Both the position numbers and the translations under genes were made by a program. DNA of 64,000 nt from Pelagibacteraceae bacterium AG-365-D07. Its GTDB lineage: Bacteria > Pseudomonadota > Alphaproteobacteria > Pelagibacterales > Pelagibacteraceae. This document shows positions 18,218 to 30,508 of the stretch, piece after piece (the first letter of the stretch is position 1; each line of letters starts with the position of its first letter). The DNA is taken from assembly GCA_003280005.1 (NCBI GenBank), contig QCGH01000006.1, positions 1,045 to 65,044 of the forward strand, given 5' to 3'. The notes beneath the pieces are model-generated. The model made no database searches. It saw only the letters and a list, made by a program, of their open reading frames with translations, and was not told the origin of the DNA.

Positions 18218-20875
18218 TTACTTTTTAAGCTCTGCCTGGGCTGCTGCAAGTCTAGCAATAGGAACTCGATAAGGTGAACACGAAACATAATTAAGCCCAA
18301 TTTTTGAGCACAAATATATACTTTTAGGATCTCCTCCGTGCTCTCCACATATGCCTAGTTTAATTTTTTTATTTTGTTTTTTCCCTTTTTTTGTTGCGAT
18401 ATCTATCAAATCGCGCACACCCTCATCAATTGATACAAAAGGGTCTGTATCAAAAATTTTATTTTCTAAATAGTCATTTAAAAATTTGCCACTATCATCT
18501 CTACTTAATCCAAAAGTAGTTTGAGTTAGATCATTTGTACCAAAACTAAAAAATTCTGCATGCTTAGCAATATCATCAGCTTTTAATGCTGCCCTTGGTA
18601 GCTCAATCATTGTTCCAACCAAAAAGTCTATTTTAGTTTTGTTATCATTTTGAACTTTTTTTGCAGTTGCAATTACAAGTTCTTTAAGAATTTTTATTTC
18701 AGCCTCTGTTGAAACTAAAGGTATCATTATCTCTGGAAAAGCAAATTTTATTTTTTTTCTTTTTAATTCTATTAGTGCTTCAAATATTGCTCTGCATTGC
18801 ATTTCGTAAATTTCCGGAAAAGAAATTCCAAGTCTACAACCTCTATGTCCAAGCATTGGATTTTGTTCATGAAGTTCGGTTATTCTTCCATCAATTTCAT
18901 TTTTTGTTAATTTTAAAGTATTTGCTACATCTTGTATTTCTTTTTGGCTTTTTGGTAAAAATTCGTGCAAAGGAGGATCTAACAATCTAACTGTAACTGG
19001 CAAACCTTGCATAATTTTGAATATTTCAAAAAAATCTTTTCTTTGATGGGGTAATAATTTATTTAGAGCATCTGCTCTATCATCCTTTGATTTTGATAGT
19101 ATCATTTGCCTCACTGATAATATTCTTTCTTCATCAAAAAACATATGTTCAGTTCTACATAATCCTATACCTTCTGCGCCAAAGTCTCTTGCAACTTTGC
19201 TGTCAAGTGGTGTTTCAGAATTTGTTCTAACCCTTAATTTTCTAAAACTGTCTGCCCAACTCATTAACTTTGAAAAATCACCAGAAATTTCAGGTTTTAC
19301 AGTTTTAATTTCACCTATAATTATTCTACCTGTTGACCCATCAATTGTAATTAAATCTCCTTCTTTAACTACTTGATTACTTGTTTTAAAAATTTTTTTC
19401 TCATAATCTATTTCAATTTCACTTGAACCTGAAACACATGGGCGACCCATTCCTCTTGCCACAACTGCTGCATGACTTGTCATTCCACCTCTTGCTGTAA
19501 GTATACCATTGGCTGCATGCATGCCGTGGATATCTTCTGGTGATGTTTCTATTCTTACCAGTATTGTGTTTTGCATCATTGATTTTAATCTTTCAGCATC
19601 ATCAGAGGTAAAAACAACTTTTCCACTTGCTGCACCAGGTGAGGCGGGCAAACCTTTGGCAATAACATGCAATTTAGCTTTCTCATCTAAAGTTGGATGT
19701 AATAATGTGTCTAAAGAATTTGGATCTAATCTTAAAACTGCTTCCTTTTTAGAAATCAATTTTTCTTTAACCATGTCTACAGCAATTTTTACAGCTGATT
19801 TTGCTGTTCTTTTTCCAGATCTTGTTTGTAACATCCACAAAATTTTATTTTCTACTGTGAACTCAACATCCTGCATGTCTTTATAATGTCTTTCGAGTTT
19901 TAATAATATCTTTTTTAGTTTTTTATAAACAGAAGGCATAGCTTCCTCCATTGACATTTTTTTATCATTGGAACTTATTCTTGATTTTTTTGTTATATGT
20001 TGTGGTGTTCTTGTTCCTGCAACAACGTCTTCTCCCTGAGCATTAATTAAATATTCTCCATAAATATTTTTCGTACCATCAGATGGATTTCTGGTAAATA
20101 CTACGCCTGTCGCACAGTCACTACCCATGTTCCCAAAAACCATTGATTGAACATTTACTGCAGTTCCCCATTCGTTAGGAATTTGATTTAGTCTTCTATA
20201 AACTTTTGCCCTTTGACTTTCCCACGAAAGAAAGACCGCACTAATAGCTCCTATTAATTGGTCTTTTACATTTTGCGGAAATTCTTTTTTGGTTTTTTCC
20301 TTTACTAAATTTTTAAAATCTTTAATTAAATTGTTCCAGTCATCCTCATCTAAGTCTGTATCAAGGAGTACTCCTTTTGTAAGTTTATAATTTTCAATCA
20401 ACTCTTCAAAATTATAACTTTCCACTCCCATAACTACACTTGAATACATTTGAATAAATCTTCTATAACTGTCTTTAGCAAATCGCATGTTAGATGTATT
20501 TTTTGCCAATGCTATTACAGTTTGATCATTAAGTCCTAAATTAAGAATTGTATCCATCATTCCCGGCATAGAAACTCTTGCTCCAGATCTAACTGAAACT
20601 AATAGAGGATTTTTTAAATCACCAAATTTTTTTTTTGATTCTTTTTCAATTAAACTCAACTCTTTGTTTATTTCTTTAATCAGACTTGAGTTCAATTTTT
20701 TTTTATTTTTATAAAACAAATGACATGCTTCTGTAGAAATTATAAAACCAGGTGGAACTGGCAAACCTAATCTTCCCATTTCAGCAAGGTTTGCGCCTTT
20801 GCCACCTAAAATATGTTTAGAATTTTTTAATTTTTTTAATCCATTTGATTTAAAATTAAAAATAAGTTTTTTCAT
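18218..20875 (-). CDS. ppdK: pyruvate, phosphate dikinase
   Basis: LGGKGANLAEM, SMPGMMDT, GGMTSHAAVVARG, GLCRTEHM. Confidence 0.98.
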   Translation of the reverse strand: MKKLIFNFKSNGLKKLKNSKHILGGKGANLAEMGRLGLPVPPGFIISTEACHLFYKNKKKLNSSLIKEINKELSLIEKESKKKFGDLKNPLLVSVRSGARVSMPGMMDTILNLGLNDQTVIALAKNTSNMRFAKDSYRRFIQMYSSVVMGVESYNFEELIENYKLTKGVLLDTDLDEDDWNNLIKDFKNLVKEKTKKEFPQNVKDQLIGAISAVFLSWESQRAKVYRRLNQIPNEWGTAVNVQSMVFGNMGSDCATGVVFTRNPSDGTKNIYGEYLINAQGEDVVAGTRTPQHITKKSRISSNDKKMSMEEAMPSVYKKLKKILLKLERHYKDMQDVEFTVENKILWMLQTRSGKRTAKSAVKIAVDMVKEKLISKKEAVLRLDPNSLDTLLHPTLDEKAKLHVIAKGLPASPGAASGKVVFTSDDAERLKSMMQNTILVRIETSPEDIHGMHAANGILTARGGMTSHAAVVARGMGRPCVSGSSEIEIDYEKKIFKTSNQVVKEGDLITIDGSTGRIIIGEIKTVKPEISGDFSKLMSWADSFRKLRVRTNSETPLDSKVARDFGAEGIGLCRTEHMFFDEERILSVRQMILSKSKDDRADALNKLLPHQRKDFFEIFKIMQGLPVTVRLLDPPLHEFLPKSQKEIQDVANTLKLTKNEIDGRITELHEQNPMLGHRGCRLGISFPEIYEMQCRAIFEALIELKRKKIKFAFPEIMIPLVSTEAEIKILKELVIATAKKVQNDNKTKIDFLVGTMIELPRAALKADDIAKHAEFFSFGTNDLTQTTFGLSRDDSGKFLNDYLENKIFDTDPFVSIDEGVRDLIDIATKKGKKQNKKIKLGICGEHGGDPKSIYLCSKIGLNYVSCSPYRVPIARLAAAQAELKK

Positions 20876-22942
20876 TTAGCTTTCAATTTTTGAAAAATTT
20901 AAAAAATTATCAAAGCTTTTACACAACAAATTTAAAAGTTCTAGTCTGTTTTTTTTAATTAACTCATTTTCATCATTAACTTTTACATTATCAAAAAATA
21001 AATTAACGTCTTGCTTGAATTTGAGCAATTCTTTTAAACTCTCTTCAAAGTTTTCATCTTTTCCAGTATTTATAAAATATTTTTTTATTTCTAGTATTTT
21101 TTTATAAAGATTCTTTTCAAAATCATTTTTAAATAAACCGATGTCCACCGAATTTGATAGTTCTAGTTTATTCTTATTTACTTCACTATTTAAAATACTA
21201 AATGATCGTTTATAAATTCCAATAATATCACGTCCAAAATCTTTTTTTATTAACCTGTTTAAGACTTCAGCTTTTTTATATCCATTATATAGTTCATCTA
21301 TATCGTTAGAACTAATGACGCTGTCAATTATATCTGACCTTATCTCTTTTTCTTTTGAAAAATTTTTTAATCTATCCATCAGAAAACCATTCAATTCTTT
21401 AAGTACTTTTGTAATATCAAATTCATAGCCTTGTTCTTTGTATAAAGTTAAAGAATAGTTAATAATACTTCTTAACTTAATTCTGATTTTGTTTTCAACA
21501 ATTAATCTTATCAAAGCAATTGCATATCTTCTTAAAGCATAGGGATCCTTAGATCCCGAGGGTATTAATTCTATACCAAAAAAACCAACAAGCGTATCTA
21601 GTTTATCACTCAATGAGAGAGTGATACTGTAAAGATTTTTTGGAACTTTGCTTTCAATACCACTTGGTAAGTAATGTTCGGATATAGATTGACAAACATC
21701 TTTTTCAAATCCCTGGGCTTCTGCAAAATAACCACCCATCACACCTTGTAACTCAGGAAACTCTCCAACTAAATCTGAATTTAAATCAACTTTGCAGATA
21801 GAAGCTGCAATTTCAATTCTTTCTTTACTAATCATAAGTTCATCTGAGATCAGAGCACTTAAATTTTTAATTCTTTGAGTTTTTTCAAAATAAGATCCAA
21901 GTCCTTTAAAAAAATTTATTTTTTTTAAATCTGACATCTGTTTAATTAAATTTTGAGATTTATTTTTATTCCAAAAAAATTCAGCATCATTTAATCTTGC
22001 TTCAATAACCCTTTCATTGCCTAATTTTACAAATCCTTTGAGATCTTGTGAATTTGAGACTACAAGAAAAATATTAGTTAAGTTTTGTTTTTTATCGAAA
22101 GTCGGAATATATTTCTGATGGTTTTGCATCGTAATTATTAGGATTTCTTTAGGTATTTTCAAAAATTTTTTATCAAATTCACATAAAATAACTTTAGGCT
22201 TTTCAACAATATTGGTAATTTCATCCAGTAGATTTTCTTTTAAATCAATCATCAGATTATTTTTTTTTGATATTTTGTTTAATTCATTAACAATAAATTT
22301 TTTTCTTTTATCTTGATCAATAATTACACCAATTGACTTAAAATAAGCTTGATAAGATTTAAAATTTTTAAAATTTTTTTTCTCGTCTTCAAAATCTTTA
22401 TCAAGAAATGTAATATTTGACGCTTTTAGATGATGGAAGTTAAATTCAATTTTCTTGCCACCAAATACCGCTAAAATCGATTTAAGAGGCCTGCCCCAAA
22501 ATAATTTATTGTTGCCCCAGCGCATTGATTTATTCCAACTGATTTTATCAAAAAATATAGGTATGTTTTCTTTTAATAAGTCTAGTGTTTTAATTTTTTG
22601 TTCAGGTTTTTTAAAAAAATAAAATTCTCCTTTCTCAGTTTTTTTTAAGACAACCTTTGACTTATTAATTTTATGAGATTTTAAAAAGCCCTTTAGAGCC
22701 TCAGGTTTAGCATTAATTGATGGACCTCTGATTTCTTGAGATTTTTTTACTACTTCTTTGGCAATGTCTGAAAAATTTATTATTATTCTGTTAGGTGTTG
22801 AAAAAGATTCTTTTGAACCTTTAATTGTAATATTGTTTTCCTCAAAAAAATTATTGAGATCTAAAAATAATTTTTTTCTAGCATTTGTTTGTAGCTTAGG
22901 AGGAATTTCCTCGCTAAAAAGTTCTAAAAATAATTCTGACAT
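20876..22942 (-). CDS. glyS: glycine-tRNA ligase beta subunit
   Basis: ELFSEEIP, EFPELQGVMG, GSKDPYALRR; follows glyQ. Confidence 0.96.
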   Translation of the reverse strand: MSELFLELFSEEIPPKLQTNARKKLFLDLNNFFEENNITIKGSKESFSTPNRIIINFSDIAKEVVKKSQEIRGPSINAKPEALKGFLKSHKINKSKVVLKKTEKGEFYFFKKPEQKIKTLDLLKENIPIFFDKISWNKSMRWGNNKLFWGRPLKSILAVFGGKKIEFNFHHLKASNITFLDKDFEDEKKNFKNFKSYQAYFKSIGVIIDQDKRKKFIVNELNKISKKNNLMIDLKENLLDEITNIVEKPKVILCEFDKKFLKIPKEILIITMQNHQKYIPTFDKKQNLTNIFLVVSNSQDLKGFVKLGNERVIEARLNDAEFFWNKNKSQNLIKQMSDLKKINFFKGLGSYFEKTQRIKNLSALISDELMISKERIEIAASICKVDLNSDLVGEFPELQGVMGGYFAEAQGFEKDVCQSISEHYLPSGIESKVPKNLYSITLSLSDKLDTLVGFFGIELIPSGSKDPYALRRYAIALIRLIVENKIRIKLRSIINYSLTLYKEQGYEFDITKVLKELNGFLMDRLKNFSKEKEIRSDIIDSVISSNDIDELYNGYKKAEVLNRLIKKDFGRDIIGIYKRSFSILNSEVNKNKLELSNSVDIGLFKNDFEKNLYKKILEIKKYFINTGKDENFEESLKELLKFKQDVNLFFDNVKVNDENELIKKNRLELLNLLCKSFDNFLNFSKIES

Positions 22943-22943
22943 A

Positions 22944-23825
22944 TTAAGTTTGTGTTTCTACCCAGACCTTGCCTACCATTTTTGTAAGTTCTCTAATTCT
23001 GGCTATATATTCAGCTCTTTGCGCTACACTAATCACTCCTCTTGCATCTAATATGTTAAATGTGTGACTTGCTTTTAAACATTGATCGTACGCTGGCAAA
23101 GAAAGTTTTTTTTCAATTAAAGATTTTGCTTCACTTTCTAACATATCAAAAATTTTAAATAAATTATTTATATTTGCATGCTCAAAGTTATAAGCAGAAA
23201 ATTCTTTCTCAGACTGATAATATACATCTTTATAATGAACACCTTGGTCATTCCATATTAACTCAAATACATTTTTTTTATTTTGAATAAACATACATAA
23301 TCTTTCAAGACCATAGGTAATCTCAACAGAAACCGGATTACATTCTATGCCAGCCATCTGCTGAAAATATGTAAATTGAGTAATTTCCATTCCATCACAC
23401 CAAACCTCCCAACCGTTTCCTGCGGCACCTAAAGTAGGACTCTCCCAATCATCCTCAACAAACCTGATATCATGTTCGTCATGTTTTATACCTAATGATG
23501 ATAGACTATTTAAAAAAAGTTTTTTTATATTATCTGGGGATGGTTTAATTAAAACTTGAAACTGATAATAATGTTGCAGTCTATTCGGATTTTCTCCATA
23601 TCTACCATCGGTAGGTCGCCTTGATGGCTGGACATAGGCAGTTCTCCATGGTTTTGTTCCCAGAGATCTTAGCGTAGTAGCGGGATGAAAGGTTCCAGCT
23701 CCAACTTCTAAATCATACGGCTGCAATATAGTACACCCTTGTTTGCTCCAATATTTTTGCAAATTTAATATTGTATCTTGAAATGACAAAAATTTTTTTT
23801 TTAAGGTATTTTTTTTAGAAACCAT
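22944..23825 (-). CDS. glyQ: glycine-tRNA ligase alpha subunit
   Basis: [40 protein letters not shown]. Confidence 0.98.
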   Translation of the reverse strand: MVSKKNTLKKKFLSFQDTILNLQKYWSKQGCTILQPYDLEVGAGTFHPATTLRSLGTKPWRTAYVQPSRRPTDGRYGENPNRLQHYYQFQVLIKPSPDNIKKLFLNSLSSLGIKHDEHDIRFVEDDWESPTLGAAGNGWEVWCDGMEITQFTYFQQMAGIECNPVSVEITYGLERLCMFIQNKKNVFELIWNDQGVHYKDVYYQSEKEFSAYNFEHANINNLFKIFDMLESEAKSLIEKKLSLPAYDQCLKASHTFNILDARGVISVAQRAEYIARIRELTKMVGKVWVETQT

Positions 23826-24624
23826 ATCTTTGCCAAATACTTCTTTCTTCTAAGATGCTAGTAATTTTTTCTACACTCTCCTCTGAGGAAGAAAATCTTT
23901 TGGATATCCAGCTTTTTGGTTTTTCAAATTTTTTGATAACAACATCTTTTCCAAATTTTTCCTTCAAAACATTATTTATATTTCCTATTTCATCTATGAG
24001 TCCAAGTTCCTTTGCTTTTTTGCCTGACCAAAATTCTCCTGAGAATAATTCAATCCCAGAGTTTTTGTTTAATTTGTTTTTTCTACTTTCTTCAACCACT
24101 TCTATAAAATCTTGATGTATTTCTAATTGTATTTTTTTTAATCTGTCAATATCTTCTGGCTTTTCTTCCATAAAAGGATCTAGTGTGCTTTTATTTTTAC
24201 CAGCTGTATAAACTCGTCTTTCAATTCCAAATTTTTTAATTAAATCTTTAAATCCAAATGATGAAAATATAACTCCTATTGATCCAATAATAGAACTTTG
24301 ATTTGCATAAATTTCATCTCCAGCGCAAGCAATTAGATATCCTCCTGAAGCAGCAACATCTTCGGCAAATACGATAACTTTTTTTTTATTTTCTTTTGCT
24401 TGTTCCCTTATAAATTTATAAATTAGATGTGATTGAACAGGAGACCCTCCTGGTGAATTGATAGTTATTGCGACTGCAGGACTCTTTTTAATTGAAAATG
24501 CCTTTTTAATTATTTCTTCTTGTCCTGAAAAATCTAGTCCTTGTCTAAATTTTCCCGCATTTCCTATTACTCCATTTAGTCTGATATGTGGGATTATTTT
24601 TTTTTTTTTGAAAATAGAAAACAT
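23815..24624 (-). CDS. S49 family peptidase (SppA-like)
   Basis: [25 protein letters not shown]. Confidence 0.93.
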   Translation of the reverse strand: MFSIFKKKKIIPHIRLNGVIGNAGKFRQGLDFSGQEEIIKKAFSIKKSPAVAITINSPGGSPVQSHLIYKFIREQAKENKKKVIVFAEDVAASGGYLIACAGDEIYANQSSIIGSIGVIFSSFGFKDLIKKFGIERRVYTAGKNKSTLDPFMEEKPEDIDRLKKIQLEIHQDFIEVVEESRKNKLNKNSGIELFSGEFWSGKKAKELGLIDEIGNINNVLKEKFGKDVVIKKFEKPKSWISKRFSSSEESVEKITSILEERSIWQRYGF

Positions 24625-24733
24625 GTTAATGCTTATTAGATTTTTTTAATAATATAAAGCTTACTTTTAGTTGAAGAAAATGGTGCGTCAATTGATAAGT
24701 GTATTAAATTTGATTATATATTAACTTTATTTA

Positions 24734-25747
24734 ATGGGATCAGTAATCAAATTAAGTAACAAAATTAATAATTCTTATATAGAGTTAAAAAAGTCCGTTG
24801 AAGATAAGCTTGTTATGGTTGATGAAAGAATTGAGCAAAAACTTGAAAGCAACGTTGATTTAGTGAAAAAAATGTCAAACTATCATCTGGATACAGGTGG
24901 GAAAAAATTAAGAGCTTTAATCACTTTGGGCGCTTCAAAATTATGCGGTTATTATAAAGGATCAAGAGATGTGAATTTCGCTGCATGTGTTGAATTAATT
25001 CATTCTGCAACTTTAATGCATGATGACGTGATTGATAATGGTGAAATAAGAAGAGGCAAAAAAACACTAAATAAGATTTGGGGAAATCAATCATCTATCT
25101 TGGTTGGTGACTATTTATTAAGCCGTTGTTTTGAAATGATGGTGGAAGATGGTAACTTGGAAATATTAAAACTTCTTTCATCTACATCTGCTTTAATCTC
25201 ACAAGGTGAAATTCTACAGTTACAACATAAAAATGATGTTGATATGTTAGAGGAAACTTATTTAAAAATCATTTCAAATAAAACTGCAGCTTTGTTTTTG
25301 GCTGCAGCAAAGATTGGTCCGATTATAACAGAAAAGGAAAATAAATATAAAGATGCGCTAGAATCGTATGGTAAAAATCTTGGACTTACATTTCAAATAG
25401 CAGATGATACTTTGGACTATAACTCCGATCTTAAGATTTTTGGAAAAAATATTGGAAACGATTTTTTTGAAGGTAAAGTCACACTACCTATAATTTTACT
25501 TTTCCAAAAAATCAAAGATGGTGAAAAAATATTACTTAAAGATTTTTTTATGAAAAAAAATAGAACTGAAGAGGACTTAAGTAAAGTTCTCGAACTGATA
25601 AAACAGAACAATATAATTAAAGAATGTTATAAAAAAGCTGAGCATTATATAAACTTAGCATCTAATTCTTTAAATATTTTTCAAAACAGCAACGAAAAAG
25701 ATATACTAAAAAATTTAACTACATTCTCATTAGAGCGTAATTTTTAA
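24734..25747 (+). CDS. ispB: long-chain polyprenyl diphosphate synthase
   Basis: GGKKLR, HDDVID...RRG, FQIADD motifs. Confidence 0.9.
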   Translation: MGSVIKLSNKINNSYIELKKSVEDKLVMVDERIEQKLESNVDLVKKMSNYHLDTGGKKLRALITLGASKLCGYYKGSRDVNFAACVELIHSATLMHDDVIDNGEIRRGKKTLNKIWGNQSSILVGDYLLSRCFEMMVEDGNLEILKLLSSTSALISQGEILQLQHKNDVDMLEETYLKIISNKTAALFLAAAKIGPIITEKENKYKDALESYGKNLGLTFQIADDTLDYNSDLKIFGKNIGNDFFEGKVTLPIILLFQKIKDGEKILLKDFFMKKNRTEEDLSKVLELIKQNNIIKECYKKAEHYINLASNSLNIFQNSNEKDILKNLTTFSLERNF

Positions 25748-26367
25748 GGATATAAAATTTGTTTTTTCCAAACACTTGCCTCTTTTAAATATTCCAATCT
25801 TTGATGAAGTCTTCCCTCAATATCTTTCCAGAACTCTATTCTGTTAGGTGAAAGTAAAAAACCAGACCAATGCTTTGGTCTTGGAACATTATTTTGATCT
25901 GTAAATTTTTTTTTGTATTCATCTATTTTATTTAAAAATGAATCTCTCGTTTCCATTGGTTTCGACTGATCAGATGACCAAGCTCCTATTCTGCTTAGAT
26001 ATGGTCTAGAATTAAAATATTTATCAGCTTGAATATCTGATATTAACGATATATTTCCAGAAATTCTTACTTGTCTCAATAATGATTTCCAATGAAAACA
26101 CATTGATGCTTTAGGTATTTTTTTTAAATCTGTTCCCTTTTTGCTGTTAAGATTTGTAAAAAAAACAAAACCACTGCTATTGAACTCTTTTAATAGAACC
26201 ATTCGAACATCTGGCTGATTAGCATCGTTTACTGTAGCCAACGCAACAGCATTTGGATCATTAATTTCATTCTTTTCTGCCTCAGACATCCATTGTTTAA
26301 AAACAATTAATGGATCATCTTCGTTCAAGAAACAAGTATCCAGCCCTAAATTATTTTTTTTATTCAT
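25744..26367 (-). CDS. pdxH: pyridoxamine 5'-phosphate oxidase
   Basis: [35 protein letters not shown]. Confidence 0.96.
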   Translation of the reverse strand: MNKKNNLGLDTCFLNEDDPLIVFKQWMSEAEKNEINDPNAVALATVNDANQPDVRMVLLKEFNSSGFVFFTNLNSKKGTDLKKIPKASMCFHWKSLLRQVRISGNISLISDIQADKYFNSRPYLSRIGAWSSDQSKPMETRDSFLNKIDEYKKKFTDQNNVPRPKHWSGFLLSPNRIEFWKDIEGRLHQRLEYLKEASVWKKQILYP

Positions 26368-26400
26368 AATTTTGACAAATTAAACTATATAACAGATATA

Positions 26401-27486
26401 ATGTCATTTAATACTTTTGGAAAGTTTTTTAGGTTTACCACTTGGGGGGAATCTCACGGCCCAGCTATAGGGTGTATCATTGATGGATGTCCACCAAATA
26501 TACAAATTAAAGCTGAAGATATTCAAAAAGAATTAAACAAAAGAAAACCCGGTCAAAGTAAGTTTGTCACGCAAAGAAAAGAAAGAGATTTAGTTCACAT
26601 TATGTCTGGCGTATTTGAGGGAAAAACAACTGGAACACCAATATCATTAATAATTTATAACGAGGATCAGAAATCTAGAGATTACGAAACAATAAAATAT
26701 AAATTTAGACCAGGCCATGCTGACTATACCTACTTTATGAAATATGGAATAAGAGACTTCAGAGGAGGAGGGAGACAGTCAGCTAGAGAAACTGCAGCAA
26801 GAGTCGCAGCTGGAGCTGTTGCAAGAAAAGTCTTGGAAAATAAAATTGGAAAAAAATATAAAGTTGTTGGCGCAGTTACACAAATTGGAATCCTGGGAAG
26901 TAATCCTAATAATTGGGATGAAAAATTTATTGGAAAAAATTCGTTTTTTTGTCCTGATAAAAGAATTTTAAAACTCTGGGAAAAATATCTTTTAGCAATT
27001 AGGAAGTCGGGGTCATCTTGTGGAGCGGTTATAGAGGTTAGAGCAAAAGGAGTGCCAGTTGGTTTGGGGGCTCCAATTTATTCAAAATTAGATATGGATA
27101 TAGCATCGGCGATGATGAGTATAAATGCTGTTAAGGGAGTAAATATTGGGTCTGGAATGAATTCTGCGAAATTGACAGGTGAAGAAAATTCAGATGAAAT
27201 ATTTAAGAGAGGGAAAAAAACAATTTTTAAAACTAACAATTCTGGCGGAATTTTAGGAGGTATTTCAACTGGACAAGATATAGTTGTTTCATTTGCGGTT
27301 AAACCTACATCATCAATTCTTAAAGAAAGAAAGACAATTGACAAAAAGGGGAAAAATACTTCTATATCTGTCAAAGGAAGACATGACCCTTGCGTTGGTA
27401 TTCGAGCAGTTCCAATTGGAGAAGCAATGATGCATTGTGTATTATTAGATCACTACCTCATGAATAAAGCGCAGTGCGGAAATTAA
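26401..27486 (+). CDS. aroC: chorismate synthase
   Basis: [29 protein letters not shown]. Confidence 0.98.
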   Translation: MSFNTFGKFFRFTTWGESHGPAIGCIIDGCPPNIQIKAEDIQKELNKRKPGQSKFVTQRKERDLVHIMSGVFEGKTTGTPISLIIYNEDQKSRDYETIKYKFRPGHADYTYFMKYGIRDFRGGGRQSARETAARVAAGAVARKVLENKIGKKYKVVGAVTQIGILGSNPNNWDEKFIGKNSFFCPDKRILKLWEKYLLAIRKSGSSCGAVIEVRAKGVPVGLGAPIYSKLDMDIASAMMSINAVKGVNIGSGMNSAKLTGEENSDEIFKRGKKTIFKTNNSGGILGGISTGQDIVVSFAVKPTSSILKERKTIDKKGKNTSISVKGRHDPCVGIRAVPIGEAMMHCVLLDHYLMNKAQCGN

Positions 27487-29393
27487 TTAGTTTTTTTTAA
27501 TACTATTTTTGAATTTAATGTATCAATAACTTTATTTTCTATAGATAAAGCATCCAAACCAGCAACTTTATACATATTTTCTGGTTTATCGTGATCTATA
27601 AACAAGTCAGGTAAAATCATAGACCTAAATTTAATGTTTTTGTCTAATAAATTTTTTTCATTTAAAAAATGATTTACATGTGATCCAAAGCCACCGATAG
27701 AACCCTCTTCAATTGTAATGATCGCGTCATGATTTGTTGCAATTTGCCAAAGAGAATTTTCATCTAATGGTTTTGCAAAACGTGCATCAAAAATAGTTGG
27801 AAAAATTCCTTTTTTTGATAAATTTTTTTCTGCAATTAAACATTCTTGAAGCCTGGCACCAAAGTTCACCAAAGCAACTTGTTTTCCTTCTTTAATAAAT
27901 CTTCCTCTGCCAATAATTAATTTTTCCTCCTCTTTAGCTAAATCTATTCCAATACCATTGCCTCTTGGATATCTGAAAGCGGAAGGTCTATCATTTATTT
28001 GAACGGAAGTATTTATCATTTTAACAAGCTCAGATTCGTCACTAGCTGCCATTACAATAAAATTTGGCAATGTTGATAAATATGTTATATCAAATGATCC
28101 AGCGTGCGTGGGTCCGTCTGCACCTACCAATCCTGCCCTATCAATAGCAAATCTAACGGGAAGCGATTGAATCGCAATATCATGAACTACTTGATCATAA
28201 GCTCTTTGTAAAAAAGTTGAATAAATTGCAGCAAAAGGTTTGTAACCTTGGGTTGCCAAACCACCAGAAAAAGTTACTGCATGTTGCTCTGCAATTCCTA
28301 CATCATACATTCTATCAGGGAACTTTTCAGCAAATAGATCCATACCCGTTCCGCCTGGCATTGCAGCGGTAACTCCTATAATTTTACTATCTTTTTCAGC
28401 ATGTTTAATTAAAGATTTAGCAAAAACTTTTGTATAAGAAGGCGCTAGACTTTTGCCTTTATCCTGCTTTCCTGTTAATACATTGAATTTTGTTACTCCA
28501 TGGTATTTATCAGAAGATTTTTCAGCAAATGCATATCCCTTTCCCTTTTCTGTTTTAATATGAATTAGAATTGGACCCTCATATTTCATTTTTTTTGCAT
28601 TATCTAAAACTGATATAAGTACATCGATATCATGGCCATCTATTGGACCAACATAATAAAATCCAAGAGAATTAAATAAAGTACCACCAGTTACCGCGGA
28701 CCTAAAGAAATCCTCCGCTTTTCCAGCTTTTTTCATAAAACGTTTTGAAAATGATGAAATAATTAATTTAATTGTTTCTCTTAAACTAAAGTAGATTTTA
28801 CCAGATAATATTTTGGCTAAATAAGTTCTAAGAGCTCCCACAGGTTTTGCGATTGACATATCGTTATCATTTAAAATAACAATTATTTTAGTTTTAGAGG
28901 ATCCAGCATTATTCATAGCTTCATATGCCATTCCAGCACTCAAAGCTCCATCTCCGATTACAGCCACCACATCTTCAGACTTATTAGAAAGTTTATTTGC
29001 TGTTGCAATTCCTAATGCTGCGGAAATTGATGTTGAGCTATGTGCTGCTCCAAATGGATCATATTCACTTTCATCCCGCTTAGTAAAACCAGATAATCCG
29101 CCTCCTGTTCTTAAGGTTTCAATTTTATCTTTCCTTCCCGTTAATATTTTATGAGGATATGATTGATGACCAACGTCCCAGATAATTTTATCTTTAGGTG
29201 TATCAAAAATATAATGAAGAGCCACAGTAAGCTCAACAACTCCAAGTCCTGCACCTAAATGTCCTCCTGTTTTTGATACAGCCTGTATCATCTTTTCCCT
29301 AATTTCTTTTGAAAGAACTTTTAAATCTGAATTTGAAAATTTTTTTAAGTCAGATGGAAAATTTATACTATTTAAGAAGTTGTAATTTGACAT
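27483..29393 (-). CDS. dxs: 1-deoxy-D-xylulose-5-phosphate synthase
   Basis: [46 protein letters not shown]. Confidence 0.98.
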   Translation of the reverse strand: MSNYNFLNSINFPSDLKKFSNSDLKVLSKEIREKMIQAVSKTGGHLGAGLGVVELTVALHYIFDTPKDKIIWDVGHQSYPHKILTGRKDKIETLRTGGGLSGFTKRDESEYDPFGAAHSSTSISAALGIATANKLSNKSEDVVAVIGDGALSAGMAYEAMNNAGSSKTKIIVILNDNDMSIAKPVGALRTYLAKILSGKIYFSLRETIKLIISSFSKRFMKKAGKAEDFFRSAVTGGTLFNSLGFYYVGPIDGHDIDVLISVLDNAKKMKYEGPILIHIKTEKGKGYAFAEKSSDKYHGVTKFNVLTGKQDKGKSLAPSYTKVFAKSLIKHAEKDSKIIGVTAAMPGGTGMDLFAEKFPDRMYDVGIAEQHAVTFSGGLATQGYKPFAAIYSTFLQRAYDQVVHDIAIQSLPVRFAIDRAGLVGADGPTHAGSFDITYLSTLPNFIVMAASDESELVKMINTSVQINDRPSAFRYPRGNGIGIDLAKEEEKLIIGRGRFIKEGKQVALVNFGARLQECLIAEKNLSKKGIFPTIFDARFAKPLDENSLWQIATNHDAIITIEEGSIGGFGSHVNHFLNEKNLLDKNIKFRSMILPDLFIDHDKPENMYKVAGLDALSIENKVIDTLNSKIVLKKTN

Positions 29394-30262
29394 TAGTTTT
29401 TTCTACTCATTATAAAATCTATTGTTTCTCTCAAGTCTTTTGCTTTATTATTATGTTTTTTTAATTTTTTATAAATATCCTGTTTAAGTTTGTTAGAGTA
29501 TTTAACTGCATTTTCGTAACCAAGTAAACTAATTATGGTAGCTTTACCTTTTTTTTGGTCTTTTTGTGTTTTTTTACCTGCAAATTTAGTTTTGCCTTTA
29601 AAATCAATTAAATCATCAATTATTTGAAATAATAAACCAATATCTTTCCCTATTTTTGAAAATAGATTTAAATTTTTTTTATCTTTTTTGATTATTAGAG
29701 GGGCTATACAACAAAACTCAAATAATTTACCTGTTTTTTTTAATTCCATTTTTAATATTTTTTGAAGGGAAACTTTTTTTTTCTCATAGTTTAAATCTAA
29801 ATATTGGCCACCGGCAATTCCAGTTTGTCCTGAACATCGTGCAAGAAGATTAATTAATCTAGATTTAGTTTTATCTTCAATTTTAAAGTTTTTGTCACTT
29901 AATATTTCAAATGCTGTAGTTAATAATGAATTGCCGGCCAATATTGCAGTGGACTCACCAAACTTAATGTGGGTAGAAGGTTTTCCTCTTCTTAATTTAT
30001 CATCATCCATACAGGGTAAGTCATCATGAATTAAAGAATATGCATGAATGGCTTCAACTGATGCCGCTAATATTAATAAATTTTTACCTTTAACTTTAAA
30101 AATCTTACCGATGTCGAAAATAATTTTTGATCTAATTTTTTTTCCACCTGGAAATAATCCATACTTCATCGGAGCAATTAGTTCCGAAGAATTAAATTTT
30201 ATTAAATAATTATAAAAATAATTATTTACTCTTTTGGACAGTTTTTTTAGTTTTTTTTCCAT
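29393..30262 (-). CDS. ispA: farnesyl diphosphate synthase
   Basis: [25 protein letters not shown]; xseB-ispA-dxs synteny. Confidence 0.93.
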   Translation of the reverse strand: MEKKLKKLSKRVNNYFYNYLIKFNSSELIAPMKYGLFPGGKKIRSKIIFDIGKIFKVKGKNLLILAASVEAIHAYSLIHDDLPCMDDDKLRRGKPSTHIKFGESTAILAGNSLLTTAFEILSDKNFKIEDKTKSRLINLLARCSGQTGIAGGQYLDLNYEKKKVSLQKILKMELKKTGKLFEFCCIAPLIIKKDKKNLNLFSKIGKDIGLLFQIIDDLIDFKGKTKFAGKKTQKDQKKGKATIISLLGYENAVKYSNKLKQDIYKKLKKHNNKAKDLRETIDFIMSRKN

Positions 30263-30488
30263 TAATTACGATTTCATCTATTTTATCTTTTGTTTTTTTT
30301 GATATTAATTTTATTTCTTGTTGAAATTTTTTTTCTATAAAATTATTCAACTTTATTAATTCTTGATATTCTTGCACAAAGTCTTCTGAGCCCTTGTTTT
30401 CTAAATTCTCAATTATTTTATTTACCAAATTATTTAGCTCCTCAAAAGATTTAGACTCAATATCATCTAGTAAATTTTTATCTTTCAT
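30222..30488 (-). CDS. divergent exodeoxyribonuclease VII small subunit-like protein
   Basis: 88 aa helical, SFEE...IIENLE pattern; occupies the usual xseB position upstream of ispA. Confidence 0.6.
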   Translation of the reverse strand: MKDKNLLDDIESKSFEELNNLVNKIIENLENKGSEDFVQEYQELIKLNNFIEKKFQQEIKLISKKTKDKIDEIVINGKKTKKTVQKSK

Positions 30489-30508
30489 ATATTAGTTGGT
30501 ATTATTAT

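Noticed and set aside
24681-24690. TGGTGCGTCA resembles the tRNA-Leu 3' end (TGGTGCGGTCA)
   Set aside because: Only 10 nt with a gap, lies among core genes, and reads TTGACG on the minus strand, a plausible -35 for the S49 gene
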